Program-made: the position numbers and the translations under genes
Notes under the pieces: generated by a model
The model's input: only the letters and a program-made list of their open reading frames with translations
What the model was told of the DNA's origin: nothing
Databases searched by the model: none
In this document: in pieces, positions 44,516 through 54,526 of the stretch
How positions within the stretch are numbered: position 1 is the first letter of the stretch
Layout: each line of letters starts with the position of its first letter
Sequence record: NC_042018.1
DNA length: 64,000 bases
Reading direction: 5' to 3' (one strand)

Positions 44516-46906
44516 ATGAAAGAAATCACTGAAGTGAAGGAATTCACTCCAATTGTCCCCTTGCTTGAACCGGGAGACAAAGTTGAAGGTGGCGACTCTG
44601 GTCCCAGTAACGCACAAGCAAAAGCGTTAGCAAACCGTACCGCCTTTTTGAAAGACGAGCAGGAAAAGCTCGATCAAAAGGTCGATAATCTTGGTCCAAC
44701 GGATGTGGGCGCAGAACCAACGGGTGCTGTACAGCAAGGTGTCGATGCTCACAAACAGGAGGCCGATCCCCATACGCAGTACGTGCGTAAGGATACCGCT
44801 AACAAACCCAATGGCTATTTGCAACTTGATGATACAGGTAAGTTACCTGCTGGAGTTATCAGTACCCTTTCTGCTCGCTATCTTACTCTGGCTACTGAAG
44901 CGGAAAGGCTAGCGCTGACGAAAGCCCCTGACCTGACGATTTGTGCTCAAGTCGATAACAACACGATGTACTACCTCAATGCGAATCTAGACCCGTCTGT
45001 GAAGACGAACTGGATCACAGGGCAGTCAGCTGTTGTATCAGGTCTTATCTCCTTCCACGGCCGTACAGGCGTCGTAGAACCCGAAGCAGGCGACTATGAT
45101 GCAGACGACATCACCGAAACCCCTACCCGTGAATTTGTTACCCCACAACAGAAGCAGTCGTGGTCCGGTAAACAAGATACACTGGTGTCGGGTGTTAACA
45201 TTGCTACCTTTAATGGTAAAAGTATTCTGGGTAAGCAGGATTTAAAACCTGCTGATATTGGGTGTGCTGAAACAGGCCACAAACACGTTCCTGATGACAT
45301 CACAGGATTGAACACCCGTATCCAAACTGTAACCGGTAATGCTTTGGTGGCAGGCTCTGGCGCACAAGTGGTGTTTGACCCAGAAACCGGGAAAACCACG
45401 ATCGGTATCAGTGGGAGTTCAAACGGCAGCGGATTGACCGTGATAACCCGTAACGGGTCCACTGCAGGACAGACACACTCTTTCCTGTTGGATAAACCCA
45501 GCGACTACAGTTTGATGGCTCAGGTATTAAAAGAAGAGATCGGCACCACGAACCAATCATACCCGGTAGATTCTTTTGATGCAGCGTCGGCTCAGTATTA
45601 CGACATGACATCGGCTTTGACCTTCAACGGGGTTATGCAACCGTACAGCGGTGAACTATATACCCTTGCCCTGAATAACGGGTACTACCAGTCAGTTATT
45701 GCTGCAGATGGCGTCTCTCTCAGTATTGATGCGACAGCCGGCGACCTGTTGATTCCTACGATGACATCGGATAGTGTACCCTCTGGTTATGTCATTACCC
45801 AAAGTTCATCATACAACTCCTCGTACATGGGATGGAAAGCCTTTAACGGTAACCCTACTGACCCGGCGAACCGATGGTCTACTACAGCGGGTGCGCCGCA
45901 ATGGCTGCAGATGCAGTTACCTGTCGCCACGGATGTAGCAGCATATGTCATGCAGACCCGACCAGATACTCAATTTGGTGGGATTCCAGCAGCCTGGACG
46001 TTGGCAGGGTCTAACGACGGCACTACCTGGACACCGGTAGACAGTCGCTCTGGTATTACCTGGACCAACAGCGAGAAGAAAACTTTTACCCTTGCCAACA
46101 AAGTCAACTACCGTTATTTCCGTTTGACCATCACAGCGGTAACAGGTAACCAAGACCTGGTCACGGTGTCGTTGTTCAACCTGATGGGCCCGCAAGGCAA
46201 AGCGATTCTGAAAGCCAGTGACGGTCATAACTACACTGCCGCTAACGGCACATTAACTCAGGTGAGTGATGATCTGTCTCTGATTGATTTCGACACCTCG
46301 GGTTTCTCTCAGTCCGGTACTATACTGGCATCAACCTTAGTAGGTAAGTTACCGATTACACTGGTCTCAAAGAACCCCATTAAAGCGCAAACTCGTTACC
46401 TGGCCAAAAACCAGATTGCGAAGATGAAGGTGGCCTTAAATGGATACCAATGGGCAAAGGTCAACAGTGCGGCCGTTGTGTCGACCCAAACCGGGAACGG
46501 TAAAGTTCGTATTGCGGTAAGTCGAGACAACAAAAACTTCTTTGCCTGGAGTGGGTCTGCTTGGGTGAGCTTGGGTATCTTAACCAATGACGACACCAGT
46601 GCAATCACGCTCATTAACCAAGGTATGAGTCCGGCTACAATTGCAGGATTAACGTCTACGCAATGGATGGCATTGTTCGGTGGGGATACCAGTGAACCCG
46701 ATGTACTTGCTTTTGCTTACGGGTTGCAGGTTTCCTCAACAACAGATGTGGCAAGTTTGGACTCTATCACACTGAACGTAAACAACGCCAGTTTGTGGAA
46801 AGTTCAAACGCCAACAGAAGTAGAAATTCGTTGGAACCGTAAGTCAGTAAGTTTCAAAACGGTTACCGCGGGTAACTACAAATTTATTTACCAAACTCCT
46901 CGATAA
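44516..46906 (+). CDS. tail fibre protein with F5/8 type C (discoidin) carbohydrate-binding domain
   Basis: GGDSGPSNAQAKALANRT.FLK fibre N-terminus, DPHTQY, discoidin motifs PQWLQMQL, WTLAGSNDGTTW, YRYFRL. Confidence 0.8.
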   Translation: MKEITEVKEFTPIVPLLEPGDKVEGGDSGPSNAQAKALANRTAFLKDEQEKLDQKVDNLGPTDVGAEPTGAVQQGVDAHKQEADPHTQYVRKDTANKPNGYLQLDDTGKLPAGVISTLSARYLTLATEAERLALTKAPDLTICAQVDNNTMYYLNANLDPSVKTNWITGQSAVVSGLISFHGRTGVVEPEAGDYDADDITETPTREFVTPQQKQSWSGKQDTLVSGVNIATFNGKSILGKQDLKPADIGCAETGHKHVPDDITGLNTRIQTVTGNALVAGSGAQVVFDPETGKTTIGISGSSNGSGLTVITRNGSTAGQTHSFLLDKPSDYSLMAQVLKEEIGTTNQSYPVDSFDAASAQYYDMTSALTFNGVMQPYSGELYTLALNNGYYQSVIAADGVSLSIDATAGDLLIPTMTSDSVPSGYVITQSSSYNSSYMGWKAFNGNPTDPANRWSTTAGAPQWLQMQLPVATDVAAYVMQTRPDTQFGGIPAAWTLAGSNDGTTWTPVDSRSGITWTNSEKKTFTLANKVNYRYFRLTITAVTGNQDLVTVSLFNLMGPQGKAILKASDGHNYTAANGTLTQVSDDLSLIDFDTSGFSQSGTILASTLVGKLPITLVSKNPIKAQTRYLAKNQIAKMKVALNGYQWAKVNSAAVVSTQTGNGKVRIAVSRDNKNFFAWSGSAWVSLGILTNDDTSAITLINQGMSPATIAGLTSTQWMALFGGDTSEPDVLAFAYGLQVSSTTDVASLDSITLNVNNASLWKVQTPTEVEIRWNRKSVSFKTVTAGNYKFIYQTPR

Positions 46907-46915
46907 GGTGTAATC

Positions 46916-47431
46916 ATGCGCTATTGGATTCGTCGTGACACGTTAAGTTATGAACTTAGCGAAGATGACATGTCGTTCATGGGCTATGTGGAAGTAACCA
47001 AACGTCCCGATGTCTATTCGGAAGTTTACTCGTGGTCCTTTGCAGAAGGCCGCTGGGTAGCTGACCGTGAAGCATTGCGTGTTGCTATTGCTCAGCGTCG
47101 TTTTGATGTTGAAACCGCCGGGGTGTATGTGGGTGAATACCGCATCGACACCACTGACCGCGGTAAGTTGATGTTAATGATGGCGGCAAGCCGTGCAGAG
47201 TCTCTGCCGGAAGGCACGTTGGTGTCGTGGAAAGTCTCCAATGATTCCTACACCTCGTTCACCCCTGCTCAAATCATTGCATTAAAGAACGAAGTGTGTG
47301 ACTACATCGGTCAGTGTTTTGAATACGAACGTTTGTTAGCGGACCGCATTATCCGCCAGGATTTTGATGTTGCTGAAATCACCGTTGGGTGGCCAAGTAA
47401 CGTCATTACTCTGCCTGGGGTAGCGGCGTAA
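46916..47431 (+). CDS. DUF4376-domain tail fibre assembly/accessory protein
   Basis: IAQRRFDVETAGV..IDT.DR, SWK..N..F, V..YIGQCF..ER; lies between two fibre genes. Confidence 0.75.
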   Translation: MRYWIRRDTLSYELSEDDMSFMGYVEVTKRPDVYSEVYSWSFAEGRWVADREALRVAIAQRRFDVETAGVYVGEYRIDTTDRGKLMLMMAASRAESLPEGTLVSWKVSNDSYTSFTPAQIIALKNEVCDYIGQCFEYERLLADRIIRQDFDVAEITVGWPSNVITLPGVAA

Positions 47432-47486
47432 TTTGTTGTCCGGTTCTGTTGGGAGAGCCGGGCAATTTCTTTTTATTGGTGATGGC

Positions 47487-49946
47487 ATGAAACCGATCAA
47501 TGAATTGGATGTATTTGTACCAGAGGTTCCTCTCTTAGAAGAATCAGATTTGGTAAAGGGCGGGGAACAAGGCCCGAGTAATGCTCAAGCACTGGCATTG
47601 GCTAGCCGTACCCATTTTCTCAATGAACGTCGTAAAGAACTCGAAACCGAACTCGACCGCATTGATACCGCACTCAGTGGTTTAGATGCTGATAAAGTTG
47701 GGGCCGATGCTAAAGGCACGGCAACCGGTTTGGTTGATGCGCACGTAAAAGATGCTGACCCACACACCCAGTATTTAACCGATGCCCGTGGTAAACTGTT
47801 GTTTGTGGACAAAACCACCGCCAACAAACCGAATGGGTATCTGCAGTTAGATGCCAACGGGAAACTGCCGGCCGGTGTTGTAACCAGCTTATCGGCACGC
47901 TACGTTATTGTGGCTGACGAAACAGAGCGACTGAAGTTAACAACCACAAATGACCTTACCATTGCAGCGCAGCAATCTGACGATACCCTGTATTACTTAA
48001 ACGCCGGGACTGACCCTTCTGTCAAGGGTAATTGGATTAAGGGTCAATCGGCTACGGTATCGGGCGTCGTATCTTTCTTTGGTCGTACCGGGGTAATTAC
48101 TGCTGAAAGCGGTGACTATACGGCTGACCAGATTAATGAAACGTTAACGCGGTTATTTGTTTCCCCTCAAGAGAAACAGACCTGGAACCAGAAACAGGAT
48201 AAGCTAGTTTCCGGTACCAACATTAAAACCTTTAAAGGACAGTCTTTGGTTGGGGCGGGCGACCTTTCATTCAACTATGCTGACTTTGGTGCGGCAGCTG
48301 AAATACACAAGCATGTGGCTTCGGATATCACTGACTTTAATGATAAGGTAGACGGGCGTGCTTCTTCTTTATTAAAGGCAGGCCAAAACATACAGCTCGT
48401 GGTTGATCCTACAACCAAAGCCGTTACCATTAATGCGGCACCACCTAATGCGGCTTCATTGTTTGCTTCGGTTGACCGAATGGGTTCGTCTGCAAACCAG
48501 ATGCACGTGATAAACTTCAACCAGGATATAACGTACAACCTGGAAGCGTATGCTTTGAAGTTAGAGAAGGGGTCGACTAACCAGGTGTATACCTTGGAAA
48601 CGTTTGATCCAACTTCTGCACCGTTCTTTAACTCTACCCAATATCTGACCTTTAACGGTGTTTTGGGTGTGGCGTATAACTGGACACCGACGCTGCGTCA
48701 AAACAAAACGCGTTATGAAATGGAATTCGATCCGAACGTTAATGCTTTATCACTGTTCTCTACAGCCGGTAAAAACATTATCCCGGTGATGGCAGGCAAT
48801 GGTGGGATTAACGGTTATGTGCCGTTTGCATCTTCGGAGTACAGTGCGGACTATACAGCATATCGTGCGTTCTCCAACCTCCAGGCTGCTAATGGTGCAT
48901 CAGACTGTTGGGCATCAGGTAAAGGCCAAGTTCCGTCTGCTGCTAACCCACAATGGATAGGTATCTCTTTGCCTGCGGGCGTTAAGATAACAGCGTACAG
49001 TTTTGTGAACCGTAGTGCAGGTGCGGTATCCACACCGTCTAAATATAAACTCCAGGGCAGTAACGATAAAACCACCTGGGATGACATTGAAGCGGTACGC
49101 TCTAACACTAACGATGCAGCGGCGTTTGAGTTCTTCCATTCAGCGAGACCTACCAAAGCCTATCAGCATTATCGTCTCTACATTACTGAACGTTATCCTA
49201 ACAATCCCGACTATGACTTTGTCGTGGTTTGGCGTTTACGGTTGTATGTAGAGAAACCGGTGGTGTTCCAGGGTGAGACCAGTGATGCTTTATACACACT
49301 GGACAGTAATAACGTATTGGTTCCGTTAACTGACATCTCTGACGCGGGTATTGAAGCACAGGGTATTTCGGTGGCTAAAAATATTCCACCGGCAAACCTG
49401 TTGGCTTATCCGTTGAAAAAGATTGTGGGACTGGAACCCTCTACCCTGAACGTCAAGCTTGTCCCGATGGAACAGATCGCCATCATGAAAGACCCGTTGG
49501 TGACGAAGCCGTTTAGTAAAATAAACGCCATGAACTACACCGCGGTCCTGTTGGAAAAGACCCGGTACGCTATCTCCCCTGACGGTGTTACCTTCTATAC
49601 TTACAACGGCGGTACGTGGACGTCATTAGGGGCGTTGAAGAACGACCTGGCGTCAGCGAAGAAATTGGCGGCTCAAGGTATGATGAACGGCTTGGCAACA
49701 GGGACTATCATGACCTTGTACACCCAGCTGGGGATTAGATTCACGGCGTTCAGTTTGGCCTACGGGATTTTCCCAACGGTAGCCAACGAAGTTATCTCGG
49801 TCGACCAAACGTTGTTGAGTGTGGATTTCGCGGATACGTGGAAGAAACAAACACCGGCTGAGGTAGAGATTCGTTACAGCTCCGGGAATATCTCCTTTAA
49901 AACGGTGGCAGCGGGAGACTACAAGCTAGTTTACCAAGTCGCCTAA
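47487..49946 (+). CDS. tail fibre protein with discoidin domain (paralog of 44516)
   Basis: Start reset to ATG 47487 (MKPINEL aligns with MKEITEV); same N- and C-termini; QWIGISL, YKLQGSND..W, YQHYRL. Confidence 0.8.
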   Translation: MKPINELDVFVPEVPLLEESDLVKGGEQGPSNAQALALASRTHFLNERRKELETELDRIDTALSGLDADKVGADAKGTATGLVDAHVKDADPHTQYLTDARGKLLFVDKTTANKPNGYLQLDANGKLPAGVVTSLSARYVIVADETERLKLTTTNDLTIAAQQSDDTLYYLNAGTDPSVKGNWIKGQSATVSGVVSFFGRTGVITAESGDYTADQINETLTRLFVSPQEKQTWNQKQDKLVSGTNIKTFKGQSLVGAGDLSFNYADFGAAAEIHKHVASDITDFNDKVDGRASSLLKAGQNIQLVVDPTTKAVTINAAPPNAASLFASVDRMGSSANQMHVINFNQDITYNLEAYALKLEKGSTNQVYTLETFDPTSAPFFNSTQYLTFNGVLGVAYNWTPTLRQNKTRYEMEFDPNVNALSLFSTAGKNIIPVMAGNGGINGYVPFASSEYSADYTAYRAFSNLQAANGASDCWASGKGQVPSAANPQWIGISLPAGVKITAYSFVNRSAGAVSTPSKYKLQGSNDKTTWDDIEAVRSNTNDAAAFEFFHSARPTKAYQHYRLYITERYPNNPDYDFVVVWRLRLYVEKPVVFQGETSDALYTLDSNNVLVPLTDISDAGIEAQGISVAKNIPPANLLAYPLKKIVGLEPSTLNVKLVPMEQIAIMKDPLVTKPFSKINAMNYTAVLLEKTRYAISPDGVTFYTYNGGTWTSLGALKNDLASAKKLAAQGMMNGLATGTIMTLYTQLGIRFTAFSLAYGIFPTVANEVISVDQTLLSVDFADTWKKQTPAEVEIRYSSGNISFKTVAAGDYKLVYQVA

Positions 49947-49994
49947 TTTTATGGTAGGTTCAATATTGCTCAGCCTCCCTTTCGGAGGCTGAGT
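49945..49994 (+). promoter_or_regulatory. late TATG motif followed by leader/terminator hairpin
   Basis: AATTTTATGGTAGGT, then stem GCTCAGCCTCC/GGAGGCTGAGT. Confidence 0.5.
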
Positions 49995-50021
49995 ACTTTC
50001 TATTTTTACAAGGCGATTCGT

Positions 50022-50891
50022 ATGGGCTTAAATCTTCGTTTTATGCCTTACACTGATGGGGATTCTGACGGGGTGGATATTTACCGAGCCACATCCAAGA
50101 CCGGTGAGCGTCAGCTCATGAAGAGTCTGGCCGCTGGGATTCATGAGTTTAGCGACCACAGTGTGGAAGCCAATAAAGTGTATTGGTACTGGATACTGAA
50201 CAAATCTGCCGCCAACGGAGACCGACTCAGCCAACCCATGAGTGCACCAACGTTCATTGATTTGGGCCCTGGCCCGAAGAAACTGCTACGTGGGGATTGG
50301 GATTTCGGTTACCTGGGGTATGTCCCGGTCGCGGATATGTTCACCTATGCTCAAGCACAGAGCGCAGCAGCCATTCAAGCAGCACCGGATGGCGGCACAC
50401 TGAACGGATTCCATAAGTGTGTAGTACGGGGACGGATTATTTACTTTGGGGATGTCATTTATTCTCGTACAGTAAACCGTACCACGGTAGGGAATGCTCT
50501 GTTAGCACAGGACAGCAATCCGTTAACCACAGCACCTCGTCTGGCGGTAAATGATTATGAGTACATCGTACGGTGCCCTTACTCTTCTACTTTATCTACT
50601 ACTGCGGTTGTGGGTACGGGTGACGGGTTGGATGGTACCATCAAACTCAGTGAAGTCGGCATGCTAGCGTCGCTTATTCTGGATGCAGATACTGCTGGTA
50701 AGCTTAGTGGGAATAAGCTGGGTGATCTCGCTAACAATGGGTTATCAACCTTTTATTTCTCTAATACGTACGCTGCTAACAATGTTGTGAACGTGTTCAG
50801 TCTGGTTGCTGATGCGTCTATCGGACCTGCCAGTGACATGACAGGGAACCGTCCATTCTGGCCTGTCTTCGAGTTAGTGCTACACGAATAA
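50022..50891 (+). CDS. putative virion protein, FN3-like + GPGP + lectin-like PVxEL family
   Basis: VDIYR, YWYW, DLGPGPKKLLRGDWDFG, C-terminal FWPVFEL. Confidence 0.7.
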   Translation: MGLNLRFMPYTDGDSDGVDIYRATSKTGERQLMKSLAAGIHEFSDHSVEANKVYWYWILNKSAANGDRLSQPMSAPTFIDLGPGPKKLLRGDWDFGYLGYVPVADMFTYAQAQSAAAIQAAPDGGTLNGFHKCVVRGRIIYFGDVIYSRTVNRTTVGNALLAQDSNPLTTAPRLAVNDYEYIVRCPYSSTLSTTAVVGTGDGLDGTIKLSEVGMLASLILDADTAGKLSGNKLGDLANNGLSTFYFSNTYAANNVVNVFSLVADASIGPASDMTGNRPFWPVFELVLHE

Positions 50892-50917
50892 GGCTGTTAA
50901 ACATACAGGTGGATTAA

Positions 50918-52669
50918 ATGAGTTTACCGAGTCGGCAACTCTTTTTAGACCGTTTTATGGAAGTAAACCGTATACGGTATAAAAACGATCCTGAAGTTTT
51001 GGACCGGTTGAACAAGCTCACTGTAAAAGACATTGTCTTTGAGGGGCTGACCGAAGACCCAAACCGACCTGGGGGGATGATTTCCAACTTCTCGGTACCT
51101 GCCAAAGCCATTGAAGCCTATGCGCAACGATGGATTCCGGTAGACATCAAGAGCAAACACATCATCAATCCAGCAAACGTTACCAATGTCCCGACATTGA
51201 ATGACGTCATTGCTGCGCAAGCCCGCGGGTTGTTTACCTATCAGGATAATGGGTCAACCAAACTAGCGATCGTTATGGCCTTCCGTCAAGATATCCCTGT
51301 GGAGAACTTGGCGAAAGAAGTTACCAAAACCTTAAACCGCACAACCAGTTACGTCATTAAAGACGGTGACCTGCAAATAAACTTCAACGACTCCACGGAT
51401 GATTATAGATTATTTGATGTTCGTAATGAGACCATCAGCGGTGAAGTAGCAGTGATTCGTCTCCCCAGTAACCTGTTAAAAGGAACCTGGTGGTTAGGCT
51501 ATCTGGGTGAGTGGACACCTGATGAAGTTATCCGTCCCAGTATTCTGGCCGAAATGGTTGGGGTGCCGAATGGGATTAACCCAGACGTGGAATGGTTAAA
51601 GTTCTCAGTAGAGGGCCGCATCATTTATGTTGCCAAACGACCCATTAGCAAAATGGTCAGTTATGGTAGCCTGTCGGGGTTAAACCTGGTAGACGGTAAC
51701 CGTATTGTTGATATCGATCATGAACAGTACAAGATTCGACTGTTAACCGCAGAAGACTCTGACACGTCCGACTGGAACCGGGTGATGTACCGTGTTTCTG
51801 AAGATGACCCCACAGGAACTTTCTGGGAAGAGTTCACCGACCAAGAGTTAGGTATCAATAACTCTGATAACGGTGGGATTACCCTGTCTCGTTCTGAAAG
51901 TGGTGGGTCGGTCTACGGTCGTGGTCGTTACAGCATCACGTCTCTGCAATCTGTTATTAAAACCGCTTCTTCTCCGGCAACGGGCTGGCGTCCTGTTCTG
52001 GAACTTATCGGTGTTGACAATATTGAATACGCACCGACAGCACACTTAACCGGCGTGATTCCTGTTGAACCTGAGATGTCAGGCGGAGCATCGGGTGACT
52101 TTGTTTATGCCGTAGGTCCTGTGGCTTCACGCATGACGGAACACACCGACTTTAACGGTTACCGTTATGATGATGTCGTCTTTGCGGTGCAGGGTGTTGA
52201 GGTCTATCAGAACCAGTTAGTGCCGGCAACGGAAATTGTTGACTACAGCTACGTCGCGGTCTTCAACGTTATGTCGGTAGAGGTTAAACCTGACACGGTC
52301 GTGAAACCCACGGAAATTACAGGGTCGAGAATTCAGGACGTTGTAATTGTACCAAATACCGTTAAGTCAACGGTTGACCCTGACTGGCTGGAGTCTGACA
52401 ATAACACCGCCGTGTCGAACGGAATCATTTCAGCCGTTGCAAAACGCGGTGTTATCACTTTGTTACCAACTTCGGGTTACGCTAATACCGCTGACTCAAA
52501 CAGCGTGGTTGGGGCCGTAACGAAGAAAGGTAGCTATGTCATTGCCGCTGATTTTGTAATTGAAGAGATTACGTTTAACGGCATCGACAACTGGATTCCA
52601 GAAACAGACTACGGCGATCTGTTTGAAGAAGAAGTGTATAATCCTGACACGACATTTATGTCTTTCTAA
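50918..52669 (+). CDS. putative virion protein L1: scaffold domain + lectin-like domain + tail
   Basis: RQLFLDRF N-domain; WLKF..EGR, YGRG...GWRPVLE; C-terminal PETDYGDL. Confidence 0.7.
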   Translation: MSLPSRQLFLDRFMEVNRIRYKNDPEVLDRLNKLTVKDIVFEGLTEDPNRPGGMISNFSVPAKAIEAYAQRWIPVDIKSKHIINPANVTNVPTLNDVIAAQARGLFTYQDNGSTKLAIVMAFRQDIPVENLAKEVTKTLNRTTSYVIKDGDLQINFNDSTDDYRLFDVRNETISGEVAVIRLPSNLLKGTWWLGYLGEWTPDEVIRPSILAEMVGVPNGINPDVEWLKFSVEGRIIYVAKRPISKMVSYGSLSGLNLVDGNRIVDIDHEQYKIRLLTAEDSDTSDWNRVMYRVSEDDPTGTFWEEFTDQELGINNSDNGGITLSRSESGGSVYGRGRYSITSLQSVIKTASSPATGWRPVLELIGVDNIEYAPTAHLTGVIPVEPEMSGGASGDFVYAVGPVASRMTEHTDFNGYRYDDVVFAVQGVEVYQNQLVPATEIVDYSYVAVFNVMSVEVKPDTVVKPTEITGSRIQDVVIVPNTVKSTVDPDWLESDNNTAVSNGIISAVAKRGVITLLPTSGYANTADSNSVVGAVTKKGSYVIAADFVIEEITFNGIDNWIPETDYGDLFEEEVYNPDTTFMSF

Positions 52670-52682
52670 AAGAGAGTAAATC

Positions 52683-53579
52683 ATGGGCATTCGTCTCGAA
52701 ATTACTAACAAAAACACCGTACCGGTAACGATTAACGTTTACCGTGGTGATCAAGAACTGGACCGTGCTAATCTCCCGCCGGCAATTGGTCAGATTGCCA
52801 ACACCACCGATAACCCGGCTATCTTTAATGATAACACGGTGGTGCAAGGCAAAACGTATTTCTACGTGTTTGAAACCGTGGGACCGAAAGATCGTGCCTA
52901 CACCCGTAACTTCAAAATCCAGGCGCTGGAAACCCGCGGTCCGGGTGATAACGATCTCAAAATCGGCAACCGCAACCTGGGGTATTACGGCAACCTGTCA
53001 GCCGGTGCGATTACTGATGCCGCGTCTCTGTGCTCTGCGATCGGTTTGACCGGCCACACCGTTAACTCCTTTGCGACCTGGTACAAATTTGCGCGTAAAG
53101 GCAAAGTGCTGTTTGTGCCGAACGCACACATTGCTCGCGGTGGGATGTCGTTCAACAAACTGAAGACGCTCGGTCTGGTGGACGGCAAAACCATCACCAT
53201 CGGTGCCTTTAAATATAAAGTGCGTCTGATGAGCGGTTGGGATGACAGCAAAGCGCTGGATGCGAACATGGTGGTAGGTACTAACTACAGCATGGAAGAT
53301 TACCTGGACAACTCTTGCGAATTCAACGACCTGGTATATCCGCTGGTGAAGTGGACACCTAACGGTCAGCATTTGCCAGGTCTGTTCCAGCAGACAGTTA
53401 CGGCGGTAACGTCTAACACGCTGCCGCTGTGCAAGGATAACGACGGTACAAAATTTGTGCGCCGCACTATGGCGGCTGATACCCGTGCCGCTGTTTCCAC
53501 CATTGCTATCGATAATACACCAGACGCTGTAAACGCTTCTTACAGCCTGCTGCCGGTTCTGGAACTCATCGAGGGGTAA
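52683..53579 (+). CDS. putative virion protein A1 (FN3-like + PVLEL family)
   Basis: INVYR..ELDR..LP, ETRGPG, WYKFARKGKV, LLPVLELIEG; paralog of 57179. Confidence 0.7.
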   Translation: MGIRLEITNKNTVPVTINVYRGDQELDRANLPPAIGQIANTTDNPAIFNDNTVVQGKTYFYVFETVGPKDRAYTRNFKIQALETRGPGDNDLKIGNRNLGYYGNLSAGAITDAASLCSAIGLTGHTVNSFATWYKFARKGKVLFVPNAHIARGGMSFNKLKTLGLVDGKTITIGAFKYKVRLMSGWDDSKALDANMVVGTNYSMEDYLDNSCEFNDLVYPLVKWTPNGQHLPGLFQQTVTAVTSNTLPLCKDNDGTKFVRRTMAADTRAAVSTIAIDNTPDAVNASYSLLPVLELIEG

Positions 53580-53583
53580 TCTC

Positions 53584-54516
53584 ATGTCATTAGTGGTGCA
53601 ATGGGAAGATATCCCAGATGCCGCTGGTTACGAAATCTATCGGTCTAAGACGAAGTTCTCTTTGAGCACGTTGCCGACCGATAAGGTTAGTGTGCCGGCT
53701 GGTGCAACGGAATACGAATACACCGACGTGGATCGCCAAACCGTTTACTGGTTTGCTATTCGTACCCTCGACGCTAACGGAGCAGGAACCTTTGGTCAAG
53801 TCTTCCCGTTAGGTTATTTCCCGGACACCGGTCCTGGTCCTTCTACATTGTTACGTGGGGACTGGGCGTTTGGTTTCTTTGGGGAAGTTAGCCCGAGTCT
53901 GGTAGGGACATCGGACGAAGTGTATGCTCAACTGACGCAGACAACGGCGGATAACCCCATCAAGCCTACGGTAAAAGATTTTGTTTACCTGAAATGCATT
54001 GTGAACGGGAAGATTGTCTTTATTCCTTCGTCTCCGTTTGCAACCTATGCGGTGATGGGAACGACGGCGCATTACATCTCAATAGGTGCAACGGGCGATG
54101 CTGGGTTAGATGACAACACCGCACCGGTTATCAAACTCAAGGGACGGGATTACCGTCACCGCTTACCAAGAGCAAGCAACAGCAAATCCACAGCGGGAAC
54201 TGTTAATCTGGATGTGGTATCAGACGATGTGTTAATGTCTGAGGTCGGTATGTTAGCGGCGCTCCTGTTATCGACCGCTGAAACAGACGTGTCGAAGAAC
54301 CCAGACAACCGTAATGCCGCACCGTTGCATTATCGTCTCGGTGACTATACCGATCTTGCCAACGTCATTACGCTTCATCGTTTCGCTAACTACGGTGGCA
54401 ACAACAACTCGCTGTACAGTTACGTTGTTACGCCAAGCACGGGCGCTATTGCAAACAAGGTCTGGTATTACACCGACCCGAAAGCCTACCTGCCGGTATT
54501 AGAACTGCTCTTCTAA
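53584..54516 (+). CDS. putative virion protein B1 (FN3-like + PVLEL family)
   Basis: PDTGPGPSTLLRGDWAFG, KCIVNGKI, YLPVLEL; paralog of 58072. Confidence 0.7.
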   Translation: MSLVVQWEDIPDAAGYEIYRSKTKFSLSTLPTDKVSVPAGATEYEYTDVDRQTVYWFAIRTLDANGAGTFGQVFPLGYFPDTGPGPSTLLRGDWAFGFFGEVSPSLVGTSDEVYAQLTQTTADNPIKPTVKDFVYLKCIVNGKIVFIPSSPFATYAVMGTTAHYISIGATGDAGLDDNTAPVIKLKGRDYRHRLPRASNSKSTAGTVNLDVVSDDVLMSEVGMLAALLLSTAETDVSKNPDNRNAAPLHYRLGDYTDLANVITLHRFANYGGNNNSLYSYVVTPSTGAIANKVWYYTDPKAYLPVLELLF

Positions 54517-54526
54517 GGAGAACATA

